From: an uncultured Fibrobacterota bacterium
GTDB taxonomy: Bacteria; Fibrobacterota; Chitinivibrionia; Chitinivibrionales; FEN-1185
Assembly: GCA_963753345.1 (NCBI GenBank)
Contig: CAVWBU010000021.1
Span: forward strand, 160,001-224,000
Reading direction: 5' to 3'
Length of the DNA stretch: 64,000 bases
Under the pieces are notes generated by a model, which worked only from the letters and a program-made list of their open reading frames with translations, was not told the origin of the DNA and made no database searches. Both the position numbers and the translations under genes were made by a program. This document shows positions 61,172-64,000 of the stretch, piece after piece (position 1 is the first letter of the stretch; the number at the start of each line of letters is the position of its first letter).

Positions 61172-61287
61172 TGCTCGTGGGTGCCCCCCAATCGAAGTTT
61201 GGTTCTCGCAAATCAACTTCCTTGGGGGCCACCCAAGAGGGGGTGACGGAGGACCGCAGGGCCGGAGGCAGGGGGATACTTCCCCCA
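61172..61287 (-). repeat. Structured repeat family A, copy 6
   Basis: GGGGGAAGTATCCCCCT...ACCCCCTCTTGGGTGGCCCCC-N34-GGGGGGCACCCAC, about 36 nt after the ABC permease stop. Confidence 0.88.
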
Positions 61288-61322
61288 CCAAACAACCAGT
61301 TATCCTCTTGTAAACCTTTCCC

Positions 61323-62450
61323 TCAGCTCACTTTTCTCTGAAACGTCAGCAGCGACGCGCCGAACACCACGGCGCCGATGGCGAGCATGGCGAGGCCCTG
61401 CGGCCACAGCTCCGCAAATCCGCTGCCCTTGAGGAACATTTCGCGCAGGATAAACATGAAGTACCGAAGGGGGTTAATCACGGTCACCTTCTGCACCCAC
61501 ACCGGCAGGTTTTCGAGCGGAAGGAAAAACCCCGACAGAAACAGAAAGAAGATGAGGATGAACCACAGCAGGAACAGCACCTGCTGTGCGTTGCGCACCA
61601 CTGTCGAAACAAGGATTCCCACGCCGAGCGAACTCGTCATGTAGATGAGGCCGAACAGGAGCACGATGAAGAAGTTGCCGTGGAACGGAACGCGGAACCA
61701 CAGCATGGCCGAGGCGAGGACCGCGGTCAGCTCGAACAGGCCGATGATAATGTAGGGAACAATTTTGCCGAGCACCACGTGCACGGGCGACAGCGGCGTC
61801 ACCATGAGCTGTTCGAGCGTGCCGTTCTCCTTTTCCTTGACTATAGAGAACGCCGTGAGGATCGCGGTGATCATGGTGACGAGAATCACGGCAAACGCCG
61901 GCACCATGTACCACGTGGACTTGAGCATGGGGTTGTACAGAATAACGGGCCGCACCTCCACGGGCAACACATTTCTGATGGTCAGGCCGCGCGCCGCAAG
62001 CTTCGCCTTGAGAAAAGAGAGACTCCATCCCATGACGATCGAGTTGACGTAGCCGCTCGCAATGTTCGAGGAATTAGCGTCCTGGCCGTCGATAAAGAGT
62101 GAAAGATCGGCGCCCGACGTTGCGGAGAGGTTCTTGGCGAAATCCGCGGGGATGATGAGCGCCAGCTTCGCGTCGCCCGCGTCGAGGCGGGAGCGGCAGT
62201 CGGCCTCGCTTGCAGCGTAGCCGGCGAAGCGGAAGAGCTTGTTGTGGAGCACCGACTGGACAAGCGACACGCTCTGGGGTGTATTGCTTCTGTCAAGTAC
62301 TGTTATCGTGGTGTTCTTCACCTCGGTGGTGAGGGCGTAGCCGAGCACGAACATCTGCAGGAACACGGGCAAAATGATGAGCCGGATGGTGAGCGGGTCC
62401 GAGCGGATCTGCGTGAATTCCTTCCAGATGATGAGGCGTAAAAACTTCAT
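61323..62450 (-). CDS. ABC-2 type exporter permease (YbhR-like)
   Basis: KEFTQI, YNP, EKENGTLEQLMVTP and LSGFFLP. Confidence 0.9.
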   Translation of the reverse strand: MKFLRLIIWKEFTQIRSDPLTIRLIILPVFLQMFVLGYALTTEVKNTTITVLDRSNTPQSVSLVQSVLHNKLFRFAGYAASEADCRSRLDAGDAKLALIIPADFAKNLSATSGADLSLFIDGQDANSSNIASGYVNSIVMGWSLSFLKAKLAARGLTIRNVLPVEVRPVILYNPMLKSTWYMVPAFAVILVTMITAILTAFSIVKEKENGTLEQLMVTPLSPVHVVLGKIVPYIIIGLFELTAVLASAMLWFRVPFHGNFFIVLLFGLIYMTSSLGVGILVSTVVRNAQQVLFLLWFILIFFLFLSGFFLPLENLPVWVQKVTVINPLRYFMFILREMFLKGSGFAELWPQGLAMLAIGAVVFGASLLTFQRKVS

Positions 62451-63553
62451 TGTTTCACCTGGAACTTCCTGACGGAAACGGCCAGAAGGAAAAGCCCCAT
62501 GCAGCCCAGCACGAGCATGGGCTGCCACAGCACCGCGAGCCCCACGCCCTTGAGAATGATGCCGCGCACGATTTCGAGGAAATAGGTGGCGGGGACGATG
62601 TGGGCCAGCCATTGCAGCCACAGCGGCAGGCTCGGGAGGGGAAACATGAATCCTGACAGAAGCACGGTGGGCATAACGGTCACGGGCAGCACGATCATCA
62701 TGGCGTGCTCCTGCTTGCGCGATATGGTGCTGATGAGCAGGCCGAGTGCAAGGGCAGTGAAAATGTAGATGAGGCTCGCCGCTGAAAGCAAAAGCAGGCT
62801 GCCGTTTACCACCACGCCGAACACGAAATATCCCACCAGCAGGATGAGCGCGCCGTCAATGGCCGCGAGCGCAATGTAGGGCGTGATCTTGCCGATCATG
62901 ATCTCGGCCGGGCGTATGGGCGACACGAGCATCTGTTCCATGGTGCCGAGTTCCTTCTCGCGCGTGAGCGTGAGCGAGGTGAGCATGGCCGAGATCATCA
63001 TGAGAATGATCACCATGAGGCCGGGCACGAAATACATGGCGCTCTTCTGCTGCGGGTTGTACAAAATAACCTGGCGCACATTGACGGCCGCGGGCACGGG
63101 CACATGCAGGAGATCGAGCACGCATTTCTGCAGGAAAGGCTCCACCGCGTTGCGCAGGATGGTGCCGAGGTTCTGGTCCGATCCGTCAATAAGCACCTGG
63201 ACCGATGCGGGAGAGCCCGGCCGCCGCAGGTCGGCGGTAAAGTGCGGGGAGAAGCGGAACAGCGCCTTGATATGGCGCTGACGGAACAGTGCGTCCGGGT
63301 TCGGCACGGAATTTACCACGCCCGTAACCTTGAACAGGCTGCTTTGGTCGATGGCCCGGATCAGCAGCGCCGTTTCGGGCGTGGGCGAGGGGTCTTCCAC
63401 CATCACTGCCACGTCGTTGATGTTCACGTCGAGCGCGTAGCCGTAGAGGAACATCATGAACACCGGCATGGCGAGCACGATGAGCAGGGTCTGCCAGTCA
63501 CGCAGAATGTGCCAGACTTCTTTACGGATAAGAGCCATTATGCGCGGGTTCAC
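62447..63553 (-). CDS. ABC-2 type exporter permease (YbhS-like)
   Basis: KEVWHILRD, YNP, EKELGTMEQ and LSGFMFP. Confidence 0.9.
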   Translation of the reverse strand: MNPRIMALIRKEVWHILRDWQTLLIVLAMPVFMMFLYGYALDVNINDVAVMVEDPSPTPETALLIRAIDQSSLFKVTGVVNSVPNPDALFRQRHIKALFRFSPHFTADLRRPGSPASVQVLIDGSDQNLGTILRNAVEPFLQKCVLDLLHVPVPAAVNVRQVILYNPQQKSAMYFVPGLMVIILMMISAMLTSLTLTREKELGTMEQMLVSPIRPAEIMIGKITPYIALAAIDGALILLVGYFVFGVVVNGSLLLLSAASLIYIFTALALGLLISTISRKQEHAMMIVLPVTVMPTVLLSGFMFPLPSLPLWLQWLAHIVPATYFLEIVRGIILKGVGLAVLWQPMLVLGCMGLFLLAVSVRKFQVKQ

Positions 63554-64000
63554 CGGCCGCCCCCTTCCACGATGGCAAGGAACGCGTCGAGGAGCGTGTC
63601 GCAGCGGTGTCGCTTCTTGAGCGCCTGCGGCGAGTCGATGGCCGCGATTTTGCCGCTGATCATGATCGAAATCCGGTGGCAGTATTCCGCTTCGTCCATG
63701 TGGTGCGTGGTGACGAAAATGGTGGTGCCGCCCCGGGACAGGGACTGGATAAGGTCCCAGAAATTGCGCCGGCTTATGGGGTCAACCGATCCGGTGGGCT
63801 CGTCGAGGAACAGGATTTCCGGTTTGTGAAGATTGGCGCAGGCTAGGCTCAGCTTTTGCTGCCATCCCCACGGCAGGGTGCCGGTGATCCGGGGCAAGAG
63901 GTCGGCAAGGCCGAGGAACTCCGACATTTCCGCCGATGCGCGCGGCGAGTTCATTCCCGGAAAGCCCGTAGAGCGAGCCGAAAAGTCTGAGGTTGTCGCG
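63550..64000 (-). CDS. ABC transporter ATP-binding protein, 5' end outside window; one extra base near 63933
   Basis: LFLDEPTGSVDP and VTTHHMDEAE; the upstream part RDNLRLFGSLYG is in another frame. Confidence 0.9.
   Translation of the reverse strand, partial: ATTSDFSARSTGFPGMNSPRASAEMSEFLGLADLLPRITGTLPWGWQQKLSLACANLHKPEILFLDEPTGSVDPISRRNFWDLIQSLSRGGTTIFVTTHHMDEAEYCHRISIMISGKIAAIDSPQALKKRHRCDTLLDAFLAIVEGGGR

Overview
High-GC bacterial chromosomal segment. A TIGR02147-family gene and three proteins with T9SS-like C-terminal tails point to Fibrobacterota (inference). Housekeeping genes include tadA, a dus-family gene, rfaE2, pilT, the rib operon with nusB, an M16 peptidase and alaA. The window also holds a wza-ExeA-wzc-LCP-rfbD-rfbB surface polysaccharide locus, a lower-GC accessory stretch (about 36.1-46.0 kb) with a RelE/Phd toxin-antitoxin pair, a TIGR02147-lipoprotein-C25-like operon, an EXPERA-SDR-DUF1295 operon and an ABC-2 exporter cut by the window end. 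Two things stand out. First, an 8-gene type II FAS/PKS cluster (46.2-55.1 kb) has an active KS, a catalytically dead KS, ACP, FabG, an acyltransferase, a phytoene-desaturase-like oxidoreductase and two B12-binding radical SAM enzymes, a gene set recalling the candidate anammox ladderane clusters. Second, the intergenic DNA is built from several families of structured repeats with compensatory base changes; the clearest has six copies with a bulged stem closing a variable segment of fixed length (34 nt). Six single-base indels in otherwise intact genes are most likely assembly errors. No rRNA, tRNA, CRISPR array, transposase or integrase was recognised. All calls are by eye; no database searches were run.
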